Of a DNA stretch of 64,000 nt, positions 16,994 to 26,125 are shown in pieces. Position 1 is the first letter of the stretch, and every line of letters begins with the position of its first letter. Location of the stretch: the IMG/VR virus record IMGVR_UViG_3300044723_001152, positions 1-64,000 of that record. One strand, given 5' to 3'. Made by a program: the position numbers and the translations under genes. This DNA comes from a virus. Lineage: Duplodnaviria; Caudoviricetes. The notes beneath the pieces are model-generated. The model saw nothing but the letters and a program-made list of their open reading frames with translations, ran no database searches and was not told the DNA's origin.

Positions 16994-17382
16994 TTTCTCC
17001 CACCTTTATATAATCTCTCTTTAATATAGTCAATCTGAGACTTAGTGAGAATACGGACAGCCTCTGCTGCCTTCTTGTTTGAGTAACCGTAATATTGTTT
17101 TACGATATCAATATCTTTTATCTTACTCGCCTTCAACCACTTACTAAATCTTTTCTTACTTCTTATAGTATTTAGTAAAAAAGAATATTGGGCATGTTTA
17201 GACGCATGGTGTAGTCTATTCATCTCGTTGGCGAAGATGACCGTATCAGGAAAGTATGATAGACCCTTGTTGATGATGAATGGAGGATACTTCTTCTCCC
17301 AATCTTTATCGTCAGTATCTAGTAACTTCTCCTTACTACTATTGATTGCCGTGAGATAGGTGCCTAGTTTATACTCACTCAT
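16990..17382 (-). CDS. gp62: Clamp loader small subunit
   Basis: YPPFIINKGLSYFPDT...EMNR...KKRFSKW; syntenic position. Confidence 0.93.
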   Translation of the reverse strand: MSEYKLGTYLTAINSSKEKLLDTDDKDWEKKYPPFIINKGLSYFPDTVIFANEMNRLHHASKHAQYSFLLNTIRSKKRFSKWLKASKIKDIDIVKQYYGYSNKKAAEAVRILTKSQIDYIKERLYKGGRK

Positions 17383-18323
17383 TTAAACTTACACTCAGAC
17401 ATTATCTCAGTTAGACATGCCACCATGTTTAACTCTGGGTCTGCCACGAAGGCATTCTTATATTGATAATCTGCCAGTAGTATGACCATTGGTGGTATAC
17501 TCTCTGGTTTCATCGCCGTGTAAAAGTTTTGGTAGAGTTCTTTGAATAGACCAGCGGGGTCTTGGTCGATGTTATCTGTCACCCACTTTCTCATATCACC
17601 AAAGTGTCTATCTTTTAATGACTTGTTGAGATTAACTAGGTTCGCCTCAGATATCGTCACCAATATACCAGTATCTATCTTACCAGATACAGAATATCTC
17701 TGTAACTCGTTTATAGTTCGTCTAAAGTCTGGATAATGTTTGATGATAAGTTCAGCGACAACCTTGGGATCAAAGTCTATGGTCTCTTGTTCTAAGATGG
17801 TACATAGTCTCTTGTGGAATAGACCTGCCAGTTGTTCTTTATCTTTATTCTGTATGGAAAAGTTTATAACTGTACATCTACTATGGATGGCAGGTATAAT
17901 CTTGTTCTTGTAATTACATGTAAAGATGAACCTACAGTTACCACTAAACGTCTCTATAAAGTTTCTCAACGCAGGTTGAACACTCTCAGCGTTCATGTAA
18001 TCTGCCTCATCGATGATAACTACTTTTGGTTTATCACTCTGGTTTAGAGATACGGTTGAGGCAAATGCCTTAATTTGATTTCTTACGATATCAATGGATC
18101 GACCTTCGTCACTACCATTAATGACCATAACGTCACAACCTAGTTCGTTACATAGTGCCTTGGCAACAGTTGTCTTACCAGTACCTGCGGTACCAGATAA
18201 TAATAAATTTGGTATCTCACCCTGTTTGAGTATAGACTTGAAAGTCTTCTTTATCTCAACGGGTAGGATACACTCGTCAATCGTAGATGGCCTATAAGCC
18301 TCTACCCATAATGTATTTTCCAT
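17379..18323 (-). CDS. gp44: Clamp loader AAA+ subunit
   Basis: LWVEAYRP, GTAGTGKT, IIDEAD, SRC motif. Confidence 0.97.
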   Translation of the reverse strand: MENTLWVEAYRPSTIDECILPVEIKKTFKSILKQGEIPNLLLSGTAGTGKTTVAKALCNELGCDVMVINGSDEGRSIDIVRNQIKAFASTVSLNQSDKPKVVIIDEADYMNAESVQPALRNFIETFSGNCRFIFTCNYKNKIIPAIHSRCTVINFSIQNKDKEQLAGLFHKRLCTILEQETIDFDPKVVAELIIKHYPDFRRTINELQRYSVSGKIDTGILVTISEANLVNLNKSLKDRHFGDMRKWVTDNIDQDPAGLFKELYQNFYTAMKPESIPPMVILLADYQYKNAFVADPELNMVACLTEIMSECKFK

Positions 18324-18325
18324 AA

Positions 18326-18994
18326 TTACCCACCATACTTACTTGTATTTTCCAATGCCACCCAATATTGAAGTGACTTGTTCTTATGTTTGAAATTAGA
18401 AATAAGTTTGGAAGATATGGCAACATTGTAATCACCTGGTAACATCTTTAGATGTTCAGTCTTAAAGTGAAAGTCGAATGTCTTATCCGTCTCACCAACT
18501 TTAACACCATAGGTGTTCGCTGTCTCATTCTTCTTGTCAACTGCGGACATCATAATATCACTACCAACTGCCTTAACAGAAATATCTGGTAGTTGTAACA
18601 TGGCAGCAGCCTTCTTTACCTTTACCAAGTCTGCCTCAGTAAGTGTAAACTCTACCTCTGTGTCAGGCATTTTTACATCTTTCTGTGGAGTTGTTAGGAT
18701 ACTTGCGTCAGCAAAAAAGTATTTACTCTTTGTTGATGTGCCTTCTTCACTAATGGTCATAGACTTATCGTCAAAACCAAAAGATGGTTTACTGAATAGA
18801 GACATCATGCCTAGAAATTCAGATAGGTCGTAGATGGCGATATCTTGTGGGAAGTCTTCTTCGACCTCTGCTGTCGCCAGGATATTCTTCATTGTTGAGA
18901 TAGTCTTAATAGTCTTACCTGGTGTAATCATCAAGTTAGGATTGATTTCACTAAAGTTTTTAAGTATCTCTTTTGTAGTGTCACTTATTTTCAT
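18326..18994 (-). CDS. gp45: Sliding clamp
   Basis: ILKNFSEINPNL, IYDLSEFL, KMLPGDYNV, YWVALE. Confidence 0.96.
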   Translation of the reverse strand: MKISDTTKEILKNFSEINPNLMITPGKTIKTISTMKNILATAEVEEDFPQDIAIYDLSEFLGMMSLFSKPSFGFDDKSMTISEEGTSTKSKYFFADASILTTPQKDVKMPDTEVEFTLTEADLVKVKKAAAMLQLPDISVKAVGSDIMMSAVDKKNETANTYGVKVGETDKTFDFHFKTEHLKMLPGDYNVAISSKLISNFKHKNKSLQYWVALENTSKYGG

Positions 18995-19005
18995 TATATA
19001 ATCTC

Positions 19006-19362
19006 CTAGTCATTAGGGTTGTTTAACTTCTCTGCCATCGGGCTTCGAAGTGGTTGGTTGTCGTCCCACTTACCAATATCATACTTCAACAAATCTATAG
19101 TTGATTGTGTGTAGTGGTCTTGGGATAACTGTATGATGGCATAGTGGATAACTTTCATAAGGTCTTTCTTATTCTTGCCTTCTTTCTTGCCATATCGTTG
19201 GGCATACTTTAATATATTACCCATACAAAATCCTTCACCATGACCTTGGTCGATGATGATTTCAGTTGCTTGTTTCTTCGTAGATGAGTAGTGAGACGAA
19301 TAGGTTTCGTCTATGTATTTCTTCACATCATCAATAATAATATTCTCTTTAAATTTATACAT
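19006..19362 (-). CDS. DUF3310 (SaV-like) protein
   Basis: HY...GFCMGNILKYAQRYGKKEG...DLMKVIHY. Confidence 0.8.
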   Translation of the reverse strand: MYKFKENIIIDDVKKYIDETYSSHYSSTKKQATEIIIDQGHGEGFCMGNILKYAQRYGKKEGKNKKDLMKVIHYAIIQLSQDHYTQSTIDLLKYDIGKWDDNQPLRSPMAEKLNNPND

Positions 19363-19368
19363 AACAAC

Positions 19369-19397
19369 ATTATATCACACTTGACCGTAAAAGTCAA
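19369..19397 (-). promoter_or_regulatory. sigma70-type promoter of the DUF3310/gp45 operon
   Basis: TTGACT-17-TATAAT; ATG 6 nt after the -10. Confidence 0.85.
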
Positions 19398-19400
19398 GCC

Positions 19401-20651
19401 TTAAAAATTATTAAAGTTAAACCAAAAGTTAGTTTTGATTTGACCTGTCGATTTCGTCATCGCACCTGATCCAATACCTGTATCCGTCATTGTGATACTA
19501 GATGAGGACAACATAGTCTTCCCTATCATCAAGTCAACGGTAACACTGGCACGTCCTGCCTTACCTGGTTTGGGTGTCATAACGATAGTCAAAAATTTAC
19601 TACGTACCTCTTGTAGAAACTTTTGAAGTTCTGGTGATTGCCTAGAGGACAATACTCTCATCTTCTTACCCTCACCAATACTGGCATAGAAATCGTCACT
19701 ACCGTCCATGCCAATGAGTTCTAATAAATTCTCGTTTATCTTTGATTTGTTCTTCCTATACACAGCGTTAAATTCTTTTACGATGATATCTGCCGTGTTT
19801 GTCTGTGTCTCTTTACTTGCCTTGCGACCTATGTCCTTATACTTCTTAAATAACTTCTTCTCTTTGTCGTTCCTAATCTTGTTCGTCAGTAACGCAATCG
19901 CTTTTGATTTACCTAGGTCTTTACTTGCGGCTTTCAACATCGTATCATAGATGACCTTTTGTGCCTTCTCTAATGCCTTAGATGTGAAGTTCTTATCCTT
20001 CGTCAGACTTGCGAATAGGGATAGTAGTGTTGAGTTCGCCAGGTTGATACTAGATGATTTGTATGCCTTTAGACTTGCGGCAATCTCTTTAACGACCGCA
20101 CCCTTGTCTTTCTTACGAGCAGATAGGACTATGTCCGCCTTACTCTCACCCTTTAGACTATCACCAGTCAGTTGTATATCGAAGTTTGTTATCTTCAGGT
20201 CTGCGGTCTCTGCCAACATATCTGAGAATATACTCTCCGCCATCGCCTTACCACCATCTTCCATCCTCTCAATCTCACTCGCAAGTGATTTGTAGTTGGT
20301 CAATGTTTTCAGTTTGTTGTCATGGAATGCCTTCTTGGCCTTTGCGAATACTTTACTCGATTGTGTGCCAGGTAGATTTAACCCCTTACTCTCAATCAGT
20401 TCTGCCAGTGCCTGACCACAAACATACTCAGAATAGTAACCTAATCTGGATTTACTGTCTTGTTTCACCTCTTCTTCTTTTATCATAGATCCCACTTTCA
20501 CTCTCTTTATACTACCCATCTTAACATTTGTCAATGCTGAAAATGCCTTTTTAAATCCATTGACGATACCATTGTATGCCTTACGGATAAAATTAACGAA
20601 TCCGTCAAATAGTCCCTCGTTCAGGTCTCTATGTTCAGAAAATTTTAACAT
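19401..20651 (-). CDS. Putative PD-(D/E)xK restriction-endonuclease-like protein with an internal-protein-like N-terminus
   Basis: GYYSEY helix, then KADIVL...SLK (D...SxK variant). N-terminus MLKFSEHRDLNE. Directly downstream of the methylase. Confidence 0.55.
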   Translation of the reverse strand: MLKFSEHRDLNEGLFDGFVNFIRKAYNGIVNGFKKAFSALTNVKMGSIKRVKVGSMIKEEEVKQDSKSRLGYYSEYVCGQALAELIESKGLNLPGTQSSKVFAKAKKAFHDNKLKTLTNYKSLASEIERMEDGGKAMAESIFSDMLAETADLKITNFDIQLTGDSLKGESKADIVLSARKKDKGAVVKEIAASLKAYKSSSINLANSTLLSLFASLTKDKNFTSKALEKAQKVIYDTMLKAASKDLGKSKAIALLTNKIRNDKEKKLFKKYKDIGRKASKETQTNTADIIVKEFNAVYRKNKSKINENLLELIGMDGSDDFYASIGEGKKMRVLSSRQSPELQKFLQEVRSKFLTIVMTPKPGKAGRASVTVDLMIGKTMLSSSSITMTDTGIGSGAMTKSTGQIKTNFWFNFNNF

Positions 20652-20656
20652 GCTAC

Positions 20657-20663
20657 TATTTAG
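20657..20663 (-). promoter_or_regulatory. gp55 late promoter variant for the nuclease-like gene
   Basis: CTAAATA overlapping the dam stop; ATG 5 nt downstream. Confidence 0.65.
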
Positions 20664-21463
20664 TAATTCATAATGAGTATCTCATCACCCTTGGCGGTAT
20701 TCTTCTTCTTACTACTATTTTGCCTGTTAAATGATTTGGTGACCCACCTAAATCTATCTTTTGGGTACCACCTCTTCAATGCCTCGAAGTCATAATACGA
20801 TAGGGCAAACTTACCCTTGATTGTTCTCAACACATCTGCCAGTTCCCTGTGTTGGTCGTTATCAAAATTCTGTGTGTAGTAAAACTCCATGTTGTAGTAT
20901 GGTGGGTCGATATAGAAGAAAGATTTTCTACCATCAAACCACTCTATACACTCACGCCAGTTCATGTTGTAGGCGTCTAGGTCGTTTAGTTTTCGTTTAT
21001 ACTTTGGGTTGTTCAGTTTGTCGATGAAGTGATTATACTTGGATTTGTATTTGCCTTTTAGATCCACATACTTCGCCTTATCCCATGTGAGACCAGAGAA
21101 TGTCTGTAACTCAACATAGAGATACTTGGCAGCCACCTCACAATCTGGTGACTTGAAGTTACCATCTAGTGGTAGTAATTCTTTCTGTATCGTTTCGAAT
21201 AGTTGTCTATTCTGAACCTCTAGTTTGTTCAGTTCTTTTAATAGTGTTTCGGGTTGTCTGGTAGCACACTCGAATACGTTCACCAGATACTTGTTGTAAT
21301 CGTTGTAGATATTTAATTGACCATTGACACTCGATTGAAAGTAGACCCACATGGCACCACCAAATGGTTCTATATAATTGTCAAACTCTGGGAAGTGGTC
21401 AGCGATCCATTTTGCCTGAAACTTCTTGCCACCAAGATAACTAAACATAATATACTCCGTCAA
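20660..21463 (-). CDS. dam: D12-class N6-adenine DNA methyltransferase (Dam-like); probable start ATG at 21448
   Basis: YLGGK, YIEPFGGA (motif I), FYIDPPY (motif IV), EILIMNY. Confidence 0.9.
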   Translation of the reverse strand: MTEYIMFSYLGGKKFQAKWIADHFPEFDNYIEPFGGAMWVYFQSSVNGQLNIYNDYNKYLVNVFECATRQPETLLKELNKLEVQNRQLFETIQKELLPLDGNFKSPDCEVAAKYLYVELQTFSGLTWDKAKYVDLKGKYKSKYNHFIDKLNNPKYKRKLNDLDAYNMNWRECIEWFDGRKSFFYIDPPYYNMEFYYTQNFDNDQHRELADVLRTIKGKFALSYYDFEALKRWYPKDRFRWVTKSFNRQNSSKKKNTAKGDEILIMNY

Positions 21464-21485
21464 TAAGGCGGGGACGAACCCCGCC
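21462..21485 (-). terminator. Intrinsic terminator after hsp20
   Basis: GGCGGGG-TTCGT-CCCCGCC followed by TTATT. Confidence 0.7.
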
Positions 21486-21493
21486 CAAAAAAT

Positions 21494-21970
21494 TTATGAT
21501 ATGTCGATGGTTCTAGGTTTCTTGCCCTCTGGGACAATCTTCTCTAAAGCAATCTTCAACATACCGTCTACCATCTCCGCACCCTTCACTTCAACATCAT
21601 CTGCTACTGTAAAGGTTCTGGTGAAATGTCTCTTGGCGATACCTCTGTGTATCGTCTCATCTTCACCTTCGTCTTTATGTATTGATTTTATAGTCAATTG
21701 GTTATCAGCGTAGTGGACATCTATATCCTTCTTATTGTACCCGGCAAGTGCCAGTTCAATCGTCCAGTTTAGTTCGTCTTTGCCTTTAACGATATTATAT
21801 GGTGGAAAAGTTGTTGATTTACTATCTAAATGTAAATCAAAGTGACGGAAGATATCATCGAAACCTATACTGTAAGGTCTCAAATCACTCCATATTGATA
21901 AATTTCTTGTGCTATTCATAGTGTTACTCCTGTTTAGCAAGTTAAAAAGTGTACCCATTATGGCGTACAC
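21494..21970 (-). CDS. hsp20: Small heat shock protein Hsp20; probable start ATG at 21919 with SD GGAG
   Basis: FPPYNIVK, IELALAGY, HRGIAKRHFTRTF, DGMLKIAL. Confidence 0.95.
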   Translation of the reverse strand: MYAIMGTLFNLLNRSNTMNSTRNLSIWSDLRPYSIGFDDIFRHFDLHLDSKSTTFPPYNIVKGKDELNWTIELALAGYNKKDIDVHYADNQLTIKSIHKDEGEDETIHRGIAKRHFTRTFTVADDVEVKGAEMVDGMLKIALEKIVPEGKKPRTIDIS

Positions 21971-21973
21971 TAT

Positions 21974-21981
21974 TATTTATA
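21974..21981 (-). promoter_or_regulatory. gp55 late promoter upstream of hsp20
   Basis: TATAAATA. Confidence 0.7.
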
Positions 21982-21984
21982 TAG

Positions 21985-22081
21985 TTAGGGTTTTGTTTTT
22001 TTCAAGTCTAAACCCTAAAAAGACTTAAAGTTGCGCTTTACGAGAGGCAACTAACACCAGGACTTATGAATTGCCTGTGTT
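21985..22081 (-). ncRNA. Candidate structured RNA: two hairpins plus an H-type pseudoknot
   Basis: AACACAGG/CCTG(G)TGTT; AGTTGC/GCAACT; pseudoknot AAGUCU/AGACUU with UUAGGGUUU/AAACCCUAA. Confidence 0.55.
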
Positions 22082-22083
22082 AC

Positions 22084-22090
22084 TATTTAT
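22084..22090 (-). promoter_or_regulatory. gp55 late promoter variant upstream of the structured RNA
   Basis: ATAAATA overlapping the stop of 22087..22341. Confidence 0.55.
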
Positions 22091-22341
22091 GCTTGAGAAG
22101 TGTTTTCCAATGCCGCGAACCCTGCCGCGATGATTGCTTTTGATGGTTTCCCTACTTTATAGTAAGTACCCGCCTTTACCTTGTTTCTGTATATACAGTT
22201 ACCCTCTGCTCTTAGGTTATTAACAGCAGTCGCTGGTGATGTAATACCAAACTTGGATCTTACTTCGTTCCAGAAAAGTCTATCGCCTCTGTTTAAGGCA
22301 TTTAATAGTTTTTCTTCATTCGTCATTTTACGTCTTCCCAT
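22087..22341 (-). CDS. Small winged-HTH-like hypothetical protein
   Basis: LLNALNRG...EVRSKFGITSPATAVNNLRAEG has an HTH-like pattern. Confidence 0.55.
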   Translation of the reverse strand: MGRRKMTNEEKLLNALNRGDRLFWNEVRSKFGITSPATAVNNLRAEGNCIYRNKVKAGTYYKVGKPSKAIIAAGFAALENTSQA

Positions 22342-22361
22342 GATATTCTCCTTTAGGGTTA

Positions 22362-22562
22362 TTAAAGAAACTTCTCGTTTTGTCTCTTTAATTTGTTAAT
22401 ACGCTTGAGGTTCTCTTTCTCCTTGCGTTGTCTCTTTAGTGTTGGCTTCTCGTAGTATTGTCTCATCTTTACCTCTTTGAGAATGCCTTCCTTCATAACT
22501 TTTTTCTTTAGTTGTCTTATCGCTTTTTCAACATTGTTATTTCTAACTTTTACCTCTAACAT
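22362..22562 (-). CDS. rpsU: Phage-encoded 30S ribosomal protein bS21
   Basis: MLEVKVRNNNVEKAIRQLKKKVMKEGILKEVKMRQYYEKPTLKRQRK. Start placed at ATG 22562 after the SD AAAGGTGGTGAT. Confidence 0.92.
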   Translation of the reverse strand: MLEVKVRNNNVEKAIRQLKKKVMKEGILKEVKMRQYYEKPTLKRQRKEKENLKRINKLKRQNEKFL

Positions 22563-22577
22563 TAAATCACCACCTTT

Positions 22578-22611
22578 ACAAATAAATGGGTGGTGCCTTG
22601 ACACACCACCC
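22578..22611 (-). terminator. Hairpin/terminator between cobS and rpsU
   Basis: GGGTGGTG-8 nt-CACCACCC followed by ATTTATTTGT. Confidence 0.6.
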
Positions 22612-22637
22612 TGAGGTCTACATTATGAAAAATGGGT

Positions 22638-23813
22638 TTACTCATCTTCGGAGATAAGTTCCTCACCATCATTGGAAGTTCCTTGATTTAACTCATCGAG
22701 TGTAACGCCTGCGTCCACTTTAGTGTATAAATCAAGGAAACTCTTTTTAGTATCATCGTCAAAACGATTGACACATACCTCAACAGCCTTTAGTTTGTTA
22801 CCAAAGATTGCGAAGGCATTAATTATATGAACCAATCTTCTGGTAGCGATAACTTCATCTACCCCACCATCAAAGAAAGTTCTTCTAATAACATCAGCCC
22901 ACTTAACAAGATTACCAGTAAAGTCAGTATCTTTTAAGTTGTATGCGGACATAACGTTATCTAAGATTTTTTGTTCAGTTTTAGCGTTAGGATATTCTTG
23001 TTCGAAAGTCACAGGGAATCTCTCTAAGAATGCCTCGTTCATTACGTTAGTACCAATAAATCTACCGTCATCAGAACCCTTACCCTTAGTATTGGCAGTT
23101 GCGATAACGTTGAACCCTTCCTTAGGTTCTATGAAGGTACCAGTCTTCTTAAGGAAGACACCGTTACCCTCTAGTATTGGTTGTAAACACATAATCTTAT
23201 TAGACGCCAAATCAATCTCATCTAATAATAGAACAGCGCCACGTTTCATAGCGTCAACTACTGGCCCATCGTGCCAAACTGTTTGACCGTCTTGTAATCT
23301 AAAACCACCAAGTAAATCGTCCTCGTCAGTTTCGATTGTTATGTTAACTCTTATGAGTTCTCTTTTTAACTCTGCGGCACTCTGGATAACACCCAAAGTT
23401 TTACCATTACCAGATAACCCAGTAATGAATGTTGGGTAGAATATCTTAGACTTGATGATATTCTTTATATCTCTAAAGTTACCAAAGGGTACAAAAGTCT
23501 CCTCTTTTGAAGGTACCAAATTTTCTTTTATACTCTCGGCAACAGCGATACGACCCTTCGCAGGTTCTTGTGGTTTAGGTGTAGAAACATTTTGTTTAAT
23601 GTTTTTACTTGGGTTTATGATATTTGGTAAAACATATTTACCTCTACCTTTTCTAGCCACTTGATCCTTATATCTCCAGTGTGATACCCAACTACCGTCA
23701 ACGTTGAAAGTATTTTCAATGTTTTTGATTTGTTGAGTAGTAATCTCAAAAGAACCATACTCCTGATGAGCAAGTTCGATAAATTTAATCTTTTCGTTAT
23801 TCAAGTTAGTCAT
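22638..23813 (-). CDS. cobS: CobS/MoxR-like AAA+ ATPase
   Basis: GLSGNGKT, LLLDEID, ATANTKG, NEAFLERF, ATRRL. Confidence 0.9.
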   Translation of the reverse strand: MTNLNNEKIKFIELAHQEYGSFEITTQQIKNIENTFNVDGSWVSHWRYKDQVARKGRGKYVLPNIINPSKNIKQNVSTPKPQEPAKGRIAVAESIKENLVPSKEETFVPFGNFRDIKNIIKSKIFYPTFITGLSGNGKTLGVIQSAAELKRELIRVNITIETDEDDLLGGFRLQDGQTVWHDGPVVDAMKRGAVLLLDEIDLASNKIMCLQPILEGNGVFLKKTGTFIEPKEGFNVIATANTKGKGSDDGRFIGTNVMNEAFLERFPVTFEQEYPNAKTEQKILDNVMSAYNLKDTDFTGNLVKWADVIRRTFFDGGVDEVIATRRLVHIINAFAIFGNKLKAVEVCVNRFDDDTKKSFLDLYTKVDAGVTLDELNQGTSNDGEELISEDE

Positions 23814-23854
23814 AATATAGTCCTCACTATTTTTTTATTTTTAATTATTCTTAT

Positions 23855-23883
23855 ATCCTATCATATTTTTAGCGATTTGTCAA
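23855..23883 (-). promoter_or_regulatory. Early-type promoter of cobS
   Basis: TTGACA-17-TAGGAT followed by ATAAGAATAAT. Confidence 0.8.
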
Positions 23884-23921
23884 CCAAAATCGTAAAATTA
23901 AAAACATTATATTTCAACAAC

Positions 23922-26120
23922 TTACGCAACTTTCGAAATAAACTTGTTGAGTAATACCCTAGAAACCTTCTTGGATTTGAAGTTTTTAAGGAATTGTTGT
24001 TTCATTTTTGCCGTAGTCATATCATTAGTGATATTCACCTCTTCGTCTTTAACCTGTAGTTTAGACTTAGGTAAGATATACAGTTCATCATACCCTACGT
24101 TTTTGATTGAGATACACCCATTTGCTCTCAACTCTTTTTTGTATTCTTCATATGTCTCATAACCCATATATGCGTTTTTAGTAGATACGTGGGAAGATAC
24201 ATCAGAAAAACTAACATTCTTACCATGAGTGATATAGAAACCAATCAACTGACTATTAGTCTTATGTTTGAAGTAATTGAACATACCCTCGTGGGCAGCC
24301 TTGAATACACTTCTAGTGGCATGTCTATCGTTATACTTGAATTGATAGTTACCATCTTGTATTACAAGTTGTCCGTTTGAGTAGTCGGCATTATACTTGT
24401 TAGTTATATCACCATCATATGGTTGGAATTGTTTTGATTGGTCTCTCTCTTTAGTGAAAGCGCCCTTAACATGTCCACAACCATCTGTTAGGAATATCGT
24501 AGTCATCTTCTGGACTTTGTATTCTCTCTGAAAGTTATTAACCAGGTCGATAGATTGTAGTATCGCACTATCTAGTGGAGTACCACCAAGTCTCATACAA
24601 CTAGGCATTTTAAATTTATAGTCTCTATCATCATCATAGTGGTAGTATCTACCAGAACCTCTGTGTGAGTAGTAATCTATAATCTTATGAAAGTATGCCA
24701 TCGAAGCGTTATACTGTGGAGTTTTAACAGTTGTATCAACTAACTCAATCATCGTAACATTCTCCATGATTAACTCATTCTCATTCTCATAAGTGTATGG
24801 AGTGTTGCTGTATCTCTCACCATATGTGTAACCTTCATCACTATTAAGTTTAAAGTGTCTCTTGTTAACATCAGAGAAGGCATATACCTTACAAGGTATC
24901 TGAACAGCCTTACAGAACATAACTAGGTTAGCAGTTTGTATCAACGTATCATACATACAAGAATCCATACTACCTGACCAATCTACAACTAATATCATAC
25001 CATGATTTTTGGCACCAGGTGTGATATTAATTCTTTTGAATATATCGTCATTGTATTTGTATTGGTGTAGTTTAGACATATTCAACATACCAGTTTTTGA
25101 TGTTTTAGTTCTCTTGTAATCGTCCGCAGATTTTTTCATTTCGAACTCTTTAATCATGTAGTTAACAGTTCTCAATTGTTTTCTTTTGAATGATTGAAAG
25201 TTCTGGTAGTATTGACCACGTCTCTCAGAGTTACCCTCATCAAATAATGCGATAACTTCTTTGTTTGTTACCGTACTTGGTTTTCTCTTAGGTAGAGTTA
25301 CATACTGATTATCAGTATATTCATTATCTTGTGGTTTGAATGATGACTTCTTATTCTCATCAAATGCCTTATCAGTTAACGCTTCGTTTTGGACTTCGCC
25401 ACCTTCTGGGCCGTTACCTTCGTTTTCGTCTCCTTCATCATGTTCTTGTCCTTGAACAGGATCAGTTCCATCTTGGGAAGGAGTTTCCTCATCAGACTCT
25501 TGTTGCTCACCATCACCTCTTACTGTTAGATTAACTTCCGTTTCTTCATACTGGTCTTCATCAAATTCTTCCGTACCAGAATATGCGAATATATCTTGTA
25601 CCAATTTCTCAACATCTTGCCAAGTATCTAAACTTTCTGAACGTTTAACGAACCCTTGTTCGATATCGTTAAACTCGATATCATTCATTGTATAACCAGA
25701 TTTGGTATATACATTAAGTCTATCAATAAATCTCATGCCATTGATATCTCTATCTTCTAACATGAAAAAATTTCTTTCTAGTAATTCATTGTAACCATTA
25801 AAATAAGATTTTCTTAAACCAGGATATTTTAATTTCATCTTCTTATCAATACGGATATCTTCTACTACGTTATAATAAGAATGTGGTATCTTGTTCTCTT
25901 TTAATTTCTGTACGTCTTCGATTGGTGTATATAAAGCATGACCAACTTCGTGTCCAACTAACATATCATATAAATCGTTAGACATATCTTCCCAGATAGG
26001 AAGACATAATAATCTTTGTTTAGGTACAAAGTATGCCGTCTCTACATTACGGTGTTGTACCGTAATGTTCTCTGTAGCCAATAATTTTGCTAGTGATGAT
26101 TTTTGTTCTTTAGTTATCAT
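23922..26120 (-). CDS. vWA-domain protein with an N-terminal HEXXH metallopeptidase-like domain (CobT-like MoxR partner)
   Basis: GHEVGHAL...NVVEDIRID; MIDAS DWSGSM, GGTPL, FLTDG. Confidence 0.88.
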   Translation of the reverse strand: MITKEQKSSLAKLLATENITVQHRNVETAYFVPKQRLLCLPIWEDMSNDLYDMLVGHEVGHALYTPIEDVQKLKENKIPHSYYNVVEDIRIDKKMKLKYPGLRKSYFNGYNELLERNFFMLEDRDINGMRFIDRLNVYTKSGYTMNDIEFNDIEQGFVKRSESLDTWQDVEKLVQDIFAYSGTEEFDEDQYEETEVNLTVRGDGEQQESDEETPSQDGTDPVQGQEHDEGDENEGNGPEGGEVQNEALTDKAFDENKKSSFKPQDNEYTDNQYVTLPKRKPSTVTNKEVIALFDEGNSERRGQYYQNFQSFKRKQLRTVNYMIKEFEMKKSADDYKRTKTSKTGMLNMSKLHQYKYNDDIFKRINITPGAKNHGMILVVDWSGSMDSCMYDTLIQTANLVMFCKAVQIPCKVYAFSDVNKRHFKLNSDEGYTYGERYSNTPYTYENENELIMENVTMIELVDTTVKTPQYNASMAYFHKIIDYYSHRGSGRYYHYDDDRDYKFKMPSCMRLGGTPLDSAILQSIDLVNNFQREYKVQKMTTIFLTDGCGHVKGAFTKERDQSKQFQPYDGDITNKYNADYSNGQLVIQDGNYQFKYNDRHATRSVFKAAHEGMFNYFKHKTNSQLIGFYITHGKNVSFSDVSSHVSTKNAYMGYETYEEYKKELRANGCISIKNVGYDELYILPKSKLQVKDEEVNITNDMTTAKMKQQFLKNFKSKKVSRVLLNKFISKVA

Positions 26121-26125
26121 ATAGA

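Noticed and set aside
19380-19398. Palindrome CTTGAC-N7-GTCAAG over the -35 of the DUF3310 promoter
   Set aside because: Only weakly echoed at the gp43 promoter and absent at the others, so it may be chance given the TTGAC -35 element.
21985-22081. tRNA or preQ1-I riboswitch identity for the structured RNA
   Set aside because: No cloverleaf, T-loop or CCA, and it lacks the preQ1-I P1/L1 consensus I recall. Kept only as an unassigned structured RNA.
22563-22604. N-terminal extension MSRHHPFICKGGDL of the bS21 ORF
   Set aside because: It comes from the hairpin and SD region. The canonical bS21 start with a strong SD is ATG 22562.
22638-23813. Cobalamin biosynthesis AMG interpretation of cobS
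   Set aside because: No cobN or other cob genes are present. It is better explained as a MoxR-type AAA+ with a vWA partner.
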